From the sequence record OR352948.1: a stretch of 64,000 bases of DNA. One strand, 5' to 3'. The notes under the pieces are model-generated. The model was not told where the DNA came from. It worked only from the letters and a program-made list of their open reading frames with translations, and made no database searches. Both the position numbers and the translations under genes were made by a program. The DNA is from Escherichia phage AV118. Positions 9,161 through 19,981 of this stretch are shown here, one piece after another (position 1 is the first letter of the stretch; every line of letters begins with the position of its first letter).

Positions 9161-9529
9161 TTAATTACCAATTGTATATTTTGCTTTCAAAGTCCAGTCA
9201 TCTTTCTGTTTAAAAGAGATAACACGGAAGTTATTAGTAAGGCCAAATAGATCTTCACGAGCAGAGTCTTCAATAACAATCAATCCCCAGTCTTCAAGCA
9301 ACTGGGCAATCGAATCACGTCGCTGATAGTCTTCACCGTCAATATCAACCTGACGTCCATCCATACGCAGCATTTCTTTAAAGTGGACGATGTAGTATTT
9401 ACCTTGCTTTTGGAGGATATGACAGGACTGATAAAGGACTTTATCCTTGTTATTAGCGATGCCCATACGGGTCAGAGTCTCTTTGACTTTCAGAAAATCT
9501 TCAGGGTTCTTCAATTTAATTTCAATCAT
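9161..9529 (-). CDS. regA: translational repressor RegA
   Basis: 122 aa from ATG 9529 (MIEIKLK...); sequence and position between gp62 and gp43 as in T4. Confidence 0.9.
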   Translation of the reverse strand: MIEIKLKNPEDFLKVKETLTRMGIANNKDKVLYQSCHILQKQGKYYIVHFKEMLRMDGRQVDIDGEDYQRRDSIAQLLEDWGLIVIEDSAREDLFGLTNNFRVISFKQKDDWTLKAKYTIGN

Positions 9530-9531
9530 TT

Positions 9532-10095
9532 TTACCATTCCAATGCTAATTTTTTAAATTGTTTTTGTTCTTTCACATTTTTTGTAACTTCTTTGAGAAA
9601 CTCATCAGTGACCATGGCCTTCAGTTCTTTAAGGACTATTGGCAGCTTGTTATTTTTTTCAAGGAGCCGTTTATACTCGGTGGCATCATTCATGTTGATT
9701 GTGTAATGTTTCATCAACAATTTGATAACTAGTAACTCTGAAGTGTCTTCGACTAGTTTAGCCCATTTAGAGAATCGTCGGCCACGTGGAATTGCCGCCA
9801 TCATATAGTTGAAGTGCGCTTCATCACTTAATTCAGAACCGACTAAGTTCATCATGTAAACAGCTGGCATACATTCCTGGAACTGGGATAATGAGTTCTC
9901 AACCATAAATTTTGAGTAGTCGACCTGAGCAATTGACATAGATTTCTTTTCATTAATAGCATTAATGATTTTAAAGAATTCGTTCTCAGGTTTTTCTTTA
10001 AACATGTCAGCACATTTTTGAATCGCATCAGCGTCATTAGACTTCCATGCAATTTGGTGCTCGTTAAGTTGGACGTCATCATCAAATAAGTTCAT
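9532..10095 (-). CDS. 62: clamp loader small subunit
   Basis: 187-aa ORF directly downstream of gp44; size/synteny of T4 gp62. Confidence 0.85.
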   Translation of the reverse strand: MNLFDDDVQLNEHQIAWKSNDADAIQKCADMFKEKPENEFFKIINAINEKKSMSIAQVDYSKFMVENSLSQFQECMPAVYMMNLVGSELSDEAHFNYMMAAIPRGRRFSKWAKLVEDTSELLVIKLLMKHYTINMNDATEYKRLLEKNNKLPIVLKELKAMVTDEFLKEVTKNVKEQKQFKKLALEW

Positions 10096-10096
10096 A

Positions 10097-11059
10097 TTAT
10101 TTCCAAGTCAGTTCGCAGGTCAGTTGAAGAAGCATATACATAACATGTAATTCAATATTACTTGCTAATCCATGAAACTTATTATTTTCGCCTGCAATTT
10201 CATAAAGCGAAATAATACTTTTACCTGGTGCAACTTGGTCATAACATTCTGAAACTAATTTATCGATGAACCATGAATAATCTGCAGCATATTTTGGAGC
10301 TAATGCACGAAGTTGTTTGATATCTTTGTTCTTCATTGCTTCTATGACATCATCTACCGTGCCACGGTCATTAGTTACGATAGACAAAATACCCGCATCA
10401 AGAACACCTTTAGACGAGTACTGGTCTAATTGACCAATTGTACGACGAAAGTCCGGGAAGTTCTTTTTAACCAGAGCTGCAACAACTTTCATATCAGCGA
10501 TTTCGATATTTTCGTTCTTACAGATTTCAACCATACGATGAATCATTTTCTTCATCATCGAGATTTTATCTTCTTCGGTTGGACGTCCGAATTCGATAAC
10601 TCGACAACGACTACGTAACGGTTCGATAATTCCATCGATGTTGTTAGCAGTAATAATAATAGAACAGTTACTAGAGAATTCTTCCATAAACGTACGAAGG
10701 TGACGTTGTGATTCGGCGAGGCCACTACGGTCAAATTCATCGATAACGATAACTTTCGGCTTGCCTTCCATTGAGACTGAACGAGCGAATGCAGTTAATG
10801 GACCACGCACAAAATCAATCTTACAATCAGAACCGTTGACGAACATCATTTCGGCATTAATATCATTACATAATGCTTTTGCTACGGTTGTTTTACCTGT
10901 ACCAGGAGAAGGAGAGTGTAAAATAATATGAGGAAGTTTTCCTTTAGATACTAAAGACTTGAATGTTTCATGGTCATACGCAGGCAGAATACATTCGTCA
11001 ATGGAAGAAGGACGATATTTCTGTTCTAGAATGTGTTCTTTGGAATTGATAGTAATCAT
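10097..11059 (-). CDS. 44: clamp loader large subunit (AAA+ ATPase)
   Basis: 320 aa; Walker [11 protein letters not shown], Walker B VIVIDEFD. Confidence 0.95.
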   Translation of the reverse strand: MITINSKEHILEQKYRPSSIDECILPAYDHETFKSLVSKGKLPHIILHSPSPGTGKTTVAKALCNDINAEMMFVNGSDCKIDFVRGPLTAFARSVSMEGKPKVIVIDEFDRSGLAESQRHLRTFMEEFSSNCSIIITANNIDGIIEPLRSRCRVIEFGRPTEEDKISMMKKMIHRMVEICKNENIEIADMKVVAALVKKNFPDFRRTIGQLDQYSSKGVLDAGILSIVTNDRGTVDDVIEAMKNKDIKQLRALAPKYAADYSWFIDKLVSECYDQVAPGKSIISLYEIAGENNKFHGLASNIELHVMYMLLQLTCELTWK

Positions 11060-11134
11060 GTAATTTTCCTCATTATCATTAAACTGGAGGATTTCTCCTC
11101 CATAATCGTATCACAATAAACGTAAAGCTTTGAC

Positions 11135-11821
11135 TTAGAAGTCGTGAGTAGAATCGGCTTCCATCGCAATAACATAACTTACTTGAGAGCTTTCAAACTT
11201 GGCTGCAACTTTATCACCAGCTCCCCACAACATTACTTTATAGTTACCTGGCTGGATTTTCATATTAGCCATATTGATTACGAAGTTAAAGTTGTTAGAA
11301 CCATCATAATCGGTAAGAGTCAAAGAATACTTAGGACGAGTTAGTCCTGAATCTTCAACTTTATTATAGCCATTGATAACAATTTTACCATCTTTATTTG
11401 TAATAGCAATTGTATCAATCTGAAGACCACGTGAAACTCGAAGCAATTGTTGAAGGTCTTCAGCTTTAATTTCAGTAATCACAGAAGCTACTGGGAATTG
11501 AATTGGCTTATTAGGAAAAACAATTGTGCTCTTGTCAGCGGCAGGCCAATAAACTGTGGAACGTGTATCTGCAATTTTAATATTGCCATCAGTGTGCATT
11601 GAAATTTCAGCATCATCAGACACTAGACTCAAAATGCTTAAGAAGCTATTCAAATCATAAAGTGCTACGTCAAAATCAATTTCATCAGAGATATTTGCTT
11701 CCGCATAAGTGGTGCCATTAACTGCACGAGTCATAATAAATTTACCTTGACTCAGCAGAATGCCAGAGTTAATAGAAGCGAAGTTTTTCAGAATATTTAC
11801 GGTTTCACGGCTAAGTTTCAT
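11135..11821 (-). CDS. 45: sliding clamp
   Basis: 228-aa ORF; sequence and size match T4 gp45. Confidence 0.95.
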   Translation of the reverse strand: MKLSRETVNILKNFASINSGILLSQGKFIMTRAVNGTTYAEANISDEIDFDVALYDLNSFLSILSLVSDDAEISMHTDGNIKIADTRSTVYWPAADKSTIVFPNKPIQFPVASVITEIKAEDLQQLLRVSRGLQIDTIAITNKDGKIVINGYNKVEDSGLTRPKYSLTLTDYDGSNNFNFVINMANMKIQPGNYKVMLWGAGDKVAAKFESSQVSYVIAMEADSTHDF

Positions 11822-12708
11822 TTAGGTTTCCTATTAGCATAATAATTTGTCCAAGACCGGATAGCACCTTGGTATGATTCATCATTAAAACCATGCTGAA
11901 TTGCATGTTTTCTAAATGTAATATAACTTGGTTTTCCTAAAGCAATCCACAATTCCTTTAATTTTTGTTCATGAAATATCCATGTACCTCTAGCTTTAGA
12001 TTTTCTGAATTTATCCTTAAATTCTTTGGTTGCATTTCTTTTCGAAGCTGCGATAGAGGCCTTTGCTCTATTTTCAGGTTTAGACCAATACAATGTTTTA
12101 GATATTTTTATTTTATCTTTAACATTAGGAGAATTCATTATATCTTTAAATTTTAAAGCAAAATCTCTATCGCTAAACATTTTTTTAGAAAGAATAGAAA
12201 CTTTCTCTCTTCGTTCTTTGGTCCAATATGTTTTTTGAAATTCTCTAATTGCGTTTAAATGATTCTCCGACAATTTGCAATTTTTTCTAACACCGACGTA
12301 ATCTTCGTTTATTTCGTTTTTAGAAAGTTTTACTATTTTGCCTGTTTTTAAATTTTTATACGGTGCATATCCTTTAGCTGATATTCTAGACTTCTCGTTA
12401 GCATAAGCCTTATTAAAATATTTTTCATTTGAAACGGCTTTAACATTGAGTTGGAATAGTCTTTCTATTCTTCTAGGGTCTAATGTGGTTTCGCCTAAAA
12501 TTTTTACAGAATATTCGCCTTGGTCTATTAATCTGGTATATAAAGGAGAATACGAGGAATTAACACTACCGGTATATATTTTACCGGTAGAATCTTCAAT
12601 AATATCCTTTCCATTAAAATGACACGAAACTTTAGAACCTATATAATAACACGGGTATTCATTTTTAATCTCACGATTATAAAAGGTTATAAGATATATT
12701 AAATTCAT
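11818..12708 (-). mobile_element. GIY-YIG homing endonuclease gene (Seg-like), free-standing between rpbA and gene 45
   Basis: 296 aa from ATG 12708; N-term LIYLITF...YYIGSK; basic HTH-like C-terminus; paralogous to ORFs at 16570 and 23522. Confidence 0.6.
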
Positions 12709-12713
12709 AATTA

Positions 12714-13130
12714 TCAAGCAGCAACCATCTGCTTTTTAATAGTTTCAGGCAGTGATTCAATATATTCTGGAATTTTAGAAGCAACAATTTCGCCAGCTGC
12801 AATTAGTTGTTCGTCGGCATCAACACAGTAGGAATCTTCCAGACGCTCAGAACCGTCTTTATCAAGAACGATTTTTGCGCCAGCTTCAATAGAATCGTTA
12901 TAGTGCTTACGCATCAGATGAATCCACATATCAGATACATCGTTATCAATAAAACCATAAATCATAAAACGAGTTTCTTGTGGCAAAGATTGGAGTTTTT
13001 TAGCACTTGCGTCATCACAATGCAGGACCCATGCTTTACGAACACGATTATGGTTATGTGGGTTAGCGTCAGTACGGATAGAAGTAACTTTCAGATCAGC
13101 AGCAGTGAAACCTTTAGCAGTAGTAAACAT
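12714..13130 (-). CDS. rpbA: RNA polymerase-binding protein RpbA (by synteny)
   Basis: 138-aa ORF between gp46/45.2 and gp45 region; start uncertain. Confidence 0.5.
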   Translation of the reverse strand: MFTTAKGFTAADLKVTSIRTDANPHNHNRVRKAWVLHCDDASAKKLQSLPQETRFMIYGFIDNDVSDMWIHLMRKHYNDSIEAGAKIVLDKDGSERLEDSYCVDADEQLIAAGEIVASKIPEYIESLPETIKKQMVAA

Positions 13131-13142
13131 ATTATTTCTCTC

Positions 13143-13343
13143 TTATTCGTAGAAGTCGGTAACTGTCCATGCAGAATTGCGATTAGACATTATTTTATTA
13201 TACTCGTCTTTAAAAGCAGATTTGAGCATTTGTTCAGTAACAATATGTTCTTCACCTGAAAACGTATTGGTCAGAACATATTTTTTAATTTCAGGGACAA
13301 CAAGAAGATGTTGTCCGGTTGAATACTCCATGTTGTTCTCCAT
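13143..13343 (-). CDS. hypothetical protein (45.2-like)
   Basis: 66-aa ORF between gp46 and rpbA. Confidence 0.5.
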   Translation of the reverse strand: MENNMEYSTGQHLLVVPEIKKYVLTNTFSGEEHIVTEQMLKSAFKDEYNKIMSNRNSAWTVTDFYE

Positions 13344-13385
13344 TTAATTTGATGTGGTCATTATAACCACATCGTGTTAAAGCGT

Positions 13386-15074
13386 TTATGAAACAGTCAT
13401 TACCGTAAATCGTCCAACTTTGCTCATTTGAAGATGTTGTCCATAAGCTTGTGGGTCATGGTCTCTGTGACTAATTATAAACACGTTTGCATCGGTTAGA
13501 GAGTTAAGAATTGTTGAAATAGCTTTAATACCTTCAGAATCAGTCGCGGAATCCATGACTTCGTCCATAATTAATGTATTGATTCTAACACCAGAGACCT
13601 TTTCAGCAATATCTCGCCATGTAAACAACAACGCGATATCGATACGTGCTTTTTCACCTTGACTAAATGAAGCATAACTGAACTCTTCACGACCACGTGA
13701 TTTTATAGATTCATTGAATTCTTCGTCAATAGAAAACACGTAATCAGCTTCCATGATTTTAAGATAATGGTTAATCTGCTTGTTGAACAGAGGCACATAT
13801 TTTTTAATGATAGCACCTTTAATACCAGAATCTTTTAACATATCTGTGATAATACCACGATGGTATTTTTCAAGAACGATATCCGATTTTGTTTTAATGA
13901 TTTTATCAAGTTCTTTTTGAAGCAAAGCTATCTCATCGGCATGGTCGATAAATTCCGCTGAGGCTTGTTCTATTGCAGCTTTAACTTTCTTAGCTTTATC
14001 AATAGTGGCAATCATTGCTTGTTTCTTGGTACGAATATCAGATGCAAGGTCCTGTTTAGTCTTAACATTAGCTCTATATTCGTCCACTAGGACACTCAGA
14101 TTATCTCTGTGGCAGGTAAGTTGCTCGAATGAGTGATTACATTCATGAAGCTTATCGGTAATCTTAGAGACAATAGGATCACCCTGGTGCAACTGTGATG
14201 CGCAAGTAGGACATGTACCGCCATCATGATACATCTTAATAACTTTGTTGTATGAGTCAATTTTAGATTTAATCAAGAATGCTTCTTGTCCTATCTTGTT
14301 GAATGCCTCAGTAGGGTCTTCATCAAGAACGATATTAAGTAGTCGCTCATTAGCTTCTTCGATTTCTGCTTTTAATGAACGAGCTTCTTTAGCTAGGTCG
14401 TCATACATATTCTGTAGACGCGCTACATTATCACCAGATAATTTCTTTTGACGTTCGATATTCTCGTTATAAATCTTAATTTGTTGGATAACACCATCTT
14501 TCTTGGCATCGAGAACTTGTCCCTGGGAATTAAGTTCTCGAACTTGAGACTTATTGATTTTATCCATTTCAGCGAGTGTGCCGACTTCTAAAAGGTCTTC
14601 GACAAGTTTTCTACGAGCAGGGGTGCTAAGAGCCATGAAAGGGGTATACCCTGCCGTCCCAAGCACAACGATCTGTTTAAAAGACGCGTATGACATTCCG
14701 ATGCTACGTTCAAATTCTTCTTGGAAGTCACGACTGCTGGCAGATTCATCAAGACGAACACCGTCAACGGAGATTTCGAAAATATTGGGCTTTTGGCCAC
14801 GTTTAATGAAGTATTTTTTATCATCGAATTCCATCCAAAGCTCAACTAAGAGCTCTTTCTTGTTCGTGCTATTAATGATTTGTCCTTTCTTAACATCACG
14901 AAATGGTTTACCGAAAAGTCCGAAAGTAATGGCTTCTAACATCGTAGATTTACCACCGCCATTTTTACCAGTGATTAATGTCTTTTGAACTTTATCTAAT
15001 TGGATATCAATAGGATTCCCACCTACCGACATGATGTTTTGATAACGAACACGATTTAATTTAAATGATTTCAT
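13386..15074 (-). CDS. 46: recombination endonuclease subunit (Rad50/SbcC-like ATPase)
   Basis: 562 aa; Walker A GKNGGGKST, coiled-coil middle, Walker B IMDEVMD. Confidence 0.95.
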   Translation of the reverse strand: MKSFKLNRVRYQNIMSVGGNPIDIQLDKVQKTLITGKNGGGKSTMLEAITFGLFGKPFRDVKKGQIINSTNKKELLVELWMEFDDKKYFIKRGQKPNIFEISVDGVRLDESASSRDFQEEFERSIGMSYASFKQIVVLGTAGYTPFMALSTPARRKLVEDLLEVGTLAEMDKINKSQVRELNSQGQVLDAKKDGVIQQIKIYNENIERQKKLSGDNVARLQNMYDDLAKEARSLKAEIEEANERLLNIVLDEDPTEAFNKIGQEAFLIKSKIDSYNKVIKMYHDGGTCPTCASQLHQGDPIVSKITDKLHECNHSFEQLTCHRDNLSVLVDEYRANVKTKQDLASDIRTKKQAMIATIDKAKKVKAAIEQASAEFIDHADEIALLQKELDKIIKTKSDIVLEKYHRGIITDMLKDSGIKGAIIKKYVPLFNKQINHYLKIMEADYVFSIDEEFNESIKSRGREEFSYASFSQGEKARIDIALLFTWRDIAEKVSGVRINTLIMDEVMDSATDSEGIKAISTILNSLTDANVFIISHRDHDPQAYGQHLQMSKVGRFTVMTVS

Positions 15075-15325
15075 ATGTATTCTCTTCGAATGAAGTCCTC
15101 TACATATTTTAACATGTCATCCCTATCAGCAAAATATTCATCTAGTTCTGCATACATAACAACACCTGGTGCATACTCACAGGTAACATACATTGTTCCA
15201 AAGAAACGAGGAGTTGATTCCTCGTAATTCTCAGTCCATTCAACGATACCAATATAACCGTCACCAATACTAAATTCATGACGATGGATTTCATAATCAG
15301 TCTTCGTCATTATACGCATCCTCAA
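15071..15325 (-). CDS. hypothetical protein (46.1-like)
   Basis: 84-aa ORF between gp47 and gp46. Confidence 0.5.
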   Translation of the reverse strand: MRMRIMTKTDYEIHRHEFSIGDGYIGIVEWTENYEESTPRFFGTMYVTCEYAPGVVMYAELDEYFADRDDMLKYVEDFIRREYI

Positions 15326-15554
15326 TACACGCTTCAGCCATTTTAAGAATAGAGCCAGGAGTATCGTTGTCCATTATATTAAAGCTAAATTCAATAGCCC
15401 AGTCAGTGCAGACATGAACTGCTTTAACTTCATTGCCTTCAACGCGTAATGGCTCAATCCAATACTTGATAGTGTTCTCGAATCCATCGTCATCTTTAAC
15501 GTCCATTTCAACTTCAAGCCTGAGTCCAGCATTGTTAAATTCATCTAAAGTCAT
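15297..15554 (-). CDS. hypothetical protein (46.2-like)
   Basis: 85-aa ORF, overlaps neighbours by a few nt. Confidence 0.5.
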   Translation of the reverse strand: MTLDEFNNAGLRLEVEMDVKDDDGFENTIKYWIEPLRVEGNEVKAVHVCTDWAIEFSFNIMDNDTPGSILKMAEACIEDAYNDED

Positions 15555-16573
15555 TGTGTTGCCTCAATATAAAGTTCGTTGGAATATTTGACCAGCGCTT
15601 CTCTGTCTTCATCTGAGATATCTGGAATCGCGTCAATATATTCTTTAATGATATCTTGAAGTGATTTAATCTCGATTTCCTGGTCGTCATCAGATTCAAC
15701 ACTGTTATCAACTTTAGAAACCATACGAAGAGAGTGAACTACTTTTTCAAGTTCAGATTCAAACTTAGTCAACTCTGAATCAATTTCTGATACTATAACA
15801 CGTACGGCTAGATTAGTATAATCAGAATAATTGATTTTGCCTTTAAATGGATAAGTGATTCGTCGATGCCATGTTGTTTCATTAGGAATAAATTCCATAC
15901 GTTCAACATCAGTGTCAAATACCCAGAATCCGCGAGGGTCGTTCTCATCACCTGCAGTAAGGGTCCATGGTGTCCCAATATATTTGACGTTAGCAGCTTC
16001 AGAGATTGTGTGGAAGTGGCCAGACCAGACTTGTTTATAGGTCTTTAAGAAATCAGGTTCAAGCCCATGAGACTTCATTCCTTTATAGAAATAGAAGCCA
16101 TTTAATTCCCAGTGCCCAACACAATACGCTGCAGAAGAAGTCTTGATGTGCTCTAAGATTTCACCTGTATTTTCTTCACACATCCATGGAATCAAATCAA
16201 TCAAGCACCCATCAAAATCTACTGTAGTTGGCTTATCATAAATTATTACGTTTTTACGATGGCTCAATAATTCTTGAACAGTGTTAGGATATAAGGTTGT
16301 TTTATAAAAGAGATCATGATTCCCAAGTATTGTATGGACTGTTATACCAGCGGCTTCCACCAAATCAAACATTTCACGCGTGAATTCCATACAACGTTGT
16401 GTGGTGTGGGCTCTGACATCAAATGTATCACCATATTGAATCCATGTTGTTATTCCATTTGCGACGGAATAGTCGATCATTTGTCTGAAACCGTCACGTT
16501 GTATAGCTTGAATCCAATCGTCGTCTTTTTTGACGCCTAGATGCAAATCGCCTATATTAAGTATTTTCATCAC
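15551..16573 (-). CDS. 47: recombination endonuclease subunit (Mre11/SbcD-like phosphoesterase)
   Basis: 340 aa; ILNIGDLHLG, GNHD metallophosphatase motifs. Confidence 0.95.
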   Translation of the reverse strand: MMKILNIGDLHLGVKKDDDWIQAIQRDGFRQMIDYSVANGITTWIQYGDTFDVRAHTTQRCMEFTREMFDLVEAAGITVHTILGNHDLFYKTTLYPNTVQELLSHRKNVIIYDKPTTVDFDGCLIDLIPWMCEENTGEILEHIKTSSAAYCVGHWELNGFYFYKGMKSHGLEPDFLKTYKQVWSGHFHTISEAANVKYIGTPWTLTAGDENDPRGFWVFDTDVERMEFIPNETTWHRRITYPFKGKINYSDYTNLAVRVIVSEIDSELTKFESELEKVVHSLRMVSKVDNSVESDDDQEIEIKSLQDIIKEYIDAIPDISDEDREALVKYSNELYIEATQ

Positions 16574-17373
16574 ATACCTTTAAATTTGGAGTAAATTATA
16601 TTGTGGTACGATATATCAGGAAACCCTTTATCGACCGCAATTTTTCTAAACTTATTAGGACTTATTTTACCACACTCCATCCATAATGCAAACAACTCGT
16701 CAAAATGCTCATATGCTGGACCTCGACGAGCTTTTGACACAGCAGCACTTATGCGAGCCTTTTTCTCAGAATCAAGGTTTTTAAGAGAATTACTTATTTT
16801 ATTTTTTTGCTCTTCTGAATTGAAGGTGCCTTTTTCCCAGCCTAAAGGTTGGCTTCCTTCATGGAACATTTTTCTTGAAGTTCCATTGGTATACCATATT
16901 TTACCTTTATTGTGCCCTGATGCTTTATATTTTGGTGAGCGTCCTTTTATAAATCCTTCAGGTATAGTAGGAGCAAATGTTTGTTCAAGGGTTTCTGGGT
17001 TATACGAATGTATGTTATTTTTGGCGTTATGAGACCCATATAATGGGTGATTTTTACCAGAAACATCACGCCCAAAGAAACCAGTTGGTGATGCCAAAGA
17101 CATATTCATATACAAAGGATTTTTATGAGCTTGAACTCTAATTTGATAGTCCTTTTCCACCTTTAAAGCTTCTTCTCGTGTTGGATGTTCGCTCAAAATA
17201 CAAGAATCAAACAACGTAGGATTTTCTAAAAGTTCTTTGTTATAAATTTTACGATAGGCTTTAGATAGAATAGTACCATGATACCCGTTTAAATGTTTTT
17301 CTAAGCTAGTCGAACCTATGTAAAAAGGTGGTAGCTTATCTCCAGAATAAATTGTCAAATAGACTATAAACAT
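16570..17373 (-). mobile_element. GIY-YIG homing endonuclease gene (Seg-like) at the locus where T4 carries alpha-glucosyltransferase
   Basis: 267 aa from ATG 17373 with SD AAAGGAGA; VYLTIYSG..FYIGST; NUMOD3-like GKNHPLYG and GHNKGKIW repeats. Confidence 0.65.
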
Positions 17374-17427
17374 ATATTTCTCCTTTGATTTAAGGAGATT
17401 ATAACACGCCTTTAATGAAGCGTAAAC

Positions 17428-17456
17428 AAAAAAAGGAAGCACTAGGCTTCCTTTTG
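17428..17456. terminator. bidirectional intrinsic-terminator-like hairpin (A7-GGAAGC-loop-GCTTCC-T4)
   Basis: Inverted repeat flanked by A-run and T-run. Confidence 0.5.
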
Positions 17457-17518
17457 ATATCGCCTAAGGCTTATAGGTCCTTAGAAATCTGGATGTTCAT
17501 CTTCAACAAAGCTAGTAT

Positions 17519-17734
17519 TCATCGCTGCCACCATTTTTTAAGTTGATGTGAATCTACCCATACCTTCGCTACAGGCTCAATATTAAAAATACCATCGGAC
17601 GTACGTCCAATCATTTTGTATTCGGTTTCAGATTGCTTGATACAAATATCACCATAAGAGCGAAGTCTAAAAGCGGCTCCTACTAGAAGCCGTTTAAACT
17701 TTGTTTGAACTAGCGCCATTAATGATGTCCTCAA
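17519..17734 (-). CDS. hypothetical protein
   Basis: 71-aa ORF. Confidence 0.45.
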   Translation of the reverse strand: MRTSLMALVQTKFKRLLVGAAFRLRSYGDICIKQSETEYKMIGRTSDGIFNIEPVAKVWVDSHQLKKWWQR

Positions 17735-18017
17735 TAGCCTGACGAGTAGTAACCCACTGGATTTTAATTAACTTGTCATTATATGGTTGTCTTAGAATAT
17801 CCCGAGATTTCTTAATAGCATATTCGTAAGCTTCGAAGTTGTTTTGAATTGCTGCTTCTTGAGCATGAGCATAAAGACGGTTTAGTTCAAAACGATTCTT
17901 TTTAAGAATCTTTTCGGATTTTTTACGTGCTTCAGCTTCATTTTTCTTTTGGATTTCTTGTAGCATTTTAGCTACTGCATCTTCTGCTTCTTTATTTTCA
18001 ATAATCTCGGTAGTCAT
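17694..18017 (-). CDS. hypothetical protein (coiled-coil rich)
   Basis: 107-aa ORF. Confidence 0.5.
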   Translation of the reverse strand: MTTEIIENKEAEDAVAKMLQEIQKKNEAEARKKSEKILKKNRFELNRLYAHAQEAAIQNNFEAYEYAIKKSRDILRQPYNDKLIKIQWVTTRQAIEDIINGASSNKV

Positions 18018-18018
18018 A

Positions 18019-18234
18019 TTATCTCATTAAATTAAAATAAAAACGTCCGTCCTCTTCAATACAGAACTCATACTCAACCGGAGTCCCATTTATCGAAAAT
18101 AACACGTCATGTGGGTTCAAAGGGTCGATGTCAAAATTAATTTTAAATTCACGACCCAACAGTTTTACCAAATAAGGGATTGCTTCGTCAAAAGGTTCTT
18201 CTAAGTAGTTAGAGATGTCAATTGTCATCCTCAT
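18019..18234 (-). CDS. hypothetical protein
   Basis: 72 aa from ATG 18234 (MRMTIDIS...), ORF-track N-terminal extension overlaps gp55. Confidence 0.45.
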   Translation of the reverse strand: MRMTIDISNYLEEPFDEAIPYLVKLLGREFKINFDIDPLNPHDVLFSINGTPVEYEFCIEEDGRFYFNLMR

Positions 18235-18793
18235 ATAAAAAATCCAAACTAGGCGAATCGCTAACAACTTCCTTCTTTTCAGCCCCAGGAGCTTTATAAG
18301 CGGATTCTTCATAATGCGTCATTTTATCGTAGATGTCTTGAATAAACGTTTCATCTACCAACGCTACCATATCATCGTCATGACTGTCGTAGACATTATG
18401 AACGAAGTAACTATATTTCTTTGCAACTTCCTTACGTTCTTTTTTGATACGTTGGACAAAAGCATTAAAACAAGCTCGAGTTATGTATGCATGTGGGTTA
18501 TTGTACTTAGTTTCGTCGAAATTATGAAGTCCCTTAATAGAGGCTTCAATCCCATCTGCAATCATCTCCTGCTTCCAAGACTGGGTATATCCTGAAAAGT
18601 TGAAACGTTTGGACAGGCCTTCGGCGATAAGCATAATTGCTAAACCGATGGTATCATTCTGACGAATAATTTTGTTTGGGTCTTTATTATTTAAGAGCTC
18701 CTTTTTCCACTCGATTATAGCGGCGAGAAGCTCTTTATTATTCACATAGTTATTTTTAGGTTTTTGTTCAGTCATAAGTACCTCTTGGCTCAA
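18218..18793 (-). CDS. 55: late-transcription sigma factor
   Basis: 191 aa; sequence and size match T4 gp55. Confidence 0.95.
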   Translation of the reverse strand: MSQEVLMTEQKPKNNYVNNKELLAAIIEWKKELLNNKDPNKIIRQNDTIGLAIMLIAEGLSKRFNFSGYTQSWKQEMIADGIEASIKGLHNFDETKYNNPHAYITRACFNAFVQRIKKERKEVAKKYSYFVHNVYDSHDDDMVALVDETFIQDIYDKMTHYEESAYKAPGAEKKEVVSDSPSLDFLYEDDN

Positions 18794-18930
18794 TTCATAG
18801 GTCTATTATATCATAATATTTAGAGACCTATCTTAAAGCACGAGATACTATCAAAGATACGTAACTTTCATAAAGTTGTCGACTTAAAATTCACCAAACT
18901 TTTCTTCGGTTATAGCGATTCAAGATAGTT

Positions 18931-19158
18931 TCATTCTATTTCCTTTGCTGCAAATAAGGCAGCATCCAACGAATCAAATTGGTCAACAAAATCAATATTT
19001 AACGCATCGTCAACCGTAGCATATAACCACCATTGTTTGAATTCATATTCAAGAATAAATCCAGGCCCTTCAATCTGAGGAAGACCTAGGCTATTTGTAC
19101 CAACTTCGTAACCAGCTAGACGGAGGTCATTAATCAAAGTTTCTGTTAATACGCTCAT
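18931..19158 (-). CDS. hypothetical protein
   Basis: 75-aa ORF. Confidence 0.45.
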   Translation of the reverse strand: MSVLTETLINDLRLAGYEVGTNSLGLPQIEGPGFILEYEFKQWWLYATVDDALNIDFVDQFDSLDAALFAAKEIE

Positions 19159-19487
19159 TTTACCGCCTTAACAATTTTCAAGTCAACGAATTTTTTCTTA
19201 CGTTGATTTTTCATACGACGGATAGTCTTTTCAGAGATTTCATGTTTCTGATAAGCTTTAGATTCAACACCAAATGCAGCAACGTCAAATTCAGAAAGAA
19301 TATATTGTACTAGAATTTCACGAATAGAATTACGTCCAATTTTCTGGTCGTGTTTTTGCATGATTTCATAAAGACGGAATTCCCACGCGTCAAGAACTTG
19401 AGGAGTAACAATATTGCCGGATTCCAGAAGAGCAACAACTTTATCGAAAGCGAAAGAATTAACTACGTTTTTGATTTTAGTAGACAT
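19155..19487 (-). CDS. hypothetical protein
   Basis: 110 aa from ATG 19487 with SD GAGGAAA; follows duplicated early promoter. Confidence 0.5.
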   Translation of the reverse strand: MSTKIKNVVNSFAFDKVVALLESGNIVTPQVLDAWEFRLYEIMQKHDQKIGRNSIREILVQYILSEFDVAAFGVESKAYQKHEISEKTIRRMKNQRKKKFVDLKIVKAVK

Positions 19488-19524
19488 ATTATTTTCCTCG
19501 GTTATTTTATTATCCAATGAGAGC

Positions 19525-19554
19525 ATTATACTCTGCTCTCAAGAGTTTGTAAAT
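19525..19554 (-). promoter_or_regulatory. sigma70/T4-early-type promoter TTTACA-N17-TATAAT
   Basis: On minus strand: TTTACA, 17-nt spacer, TATAAT; 49-bp element identical to 48178..48226. Confidence 0.6.
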
Positions 19555-19556
19555 CG

Positions 19557-19757
19557 TTATCCGAACTTTTTAGCGCCTTTCCAGCCTTCGTACATAACTG
19601 CACAAGTCAGTAGTACAGCATGCTGGCATTCTTTGTATTTGTAAATCCAGAACCAGCGTAAGAAGTCTTCATCCTCAACGCCGTTGAGTTTCATATTGGC
19701 AAAGAATTCGGCACGTTCTTCACGAAGCTTTTGCGATAACATAGATTCAGGATTCAT
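19557..19757 (-). CDS. hypothetical protein
   Basis: 66-aa ORF. Confidence 0.45.
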   Translation of the reverse strand: MNPESMLSQKLREERAEFFANMKLNGVEDEDFLRWFWIYKYKECQHAVLLTCAVMYEGWKGAKKFG

Positions 19758-19981
19758 TTTGTGTTCCAGGCCCCATTTTCATCGATGAACTTAATCCAGT
19801 CATTTACAGACCATTTAGTTGTATCGCCCTTTGGATTAACATTTAAAGTATATAATCCCTGCTTAAAAAGCATTCGTTTGATATTCATAATTTCCTCAAC
19901 TGTAACGATAACATTCGTTAGCTTTACGTTTGGCTTCAGTATGAGAAGTATTATAATCATAATCTTCTTTACTGTAAACAT
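19754..19981 (-). CDS. hypothetical protein (start uncertain)
   Basis: 75-aa ORF; N-terminal part overlaps next gene, real start probably internal. Confidence 0.35.
   Translation of the reverse strand: MFTVKKIMIIILLILKPNVKLTNVIVTVEEIMNIKRMLFKQGLYTLNVNPKGDTTKWSVNDWIKFIDENGAWNTK

Noticed and set aside
14554-14988. 144-aa plus-strand ORF
   Set aside because: Antisense to gp46, which has clear Walker motifs; no independent support.
18796-18845. MotA-box-like middle promoter (TGCTTTA) upstream of gene 55, and a similar AGCTTTAC before gene 42
   Set aside because: Spacing to a plausible -10 is imprecise and the motif is short; cannot be distinguished from chance without transcript mapping.
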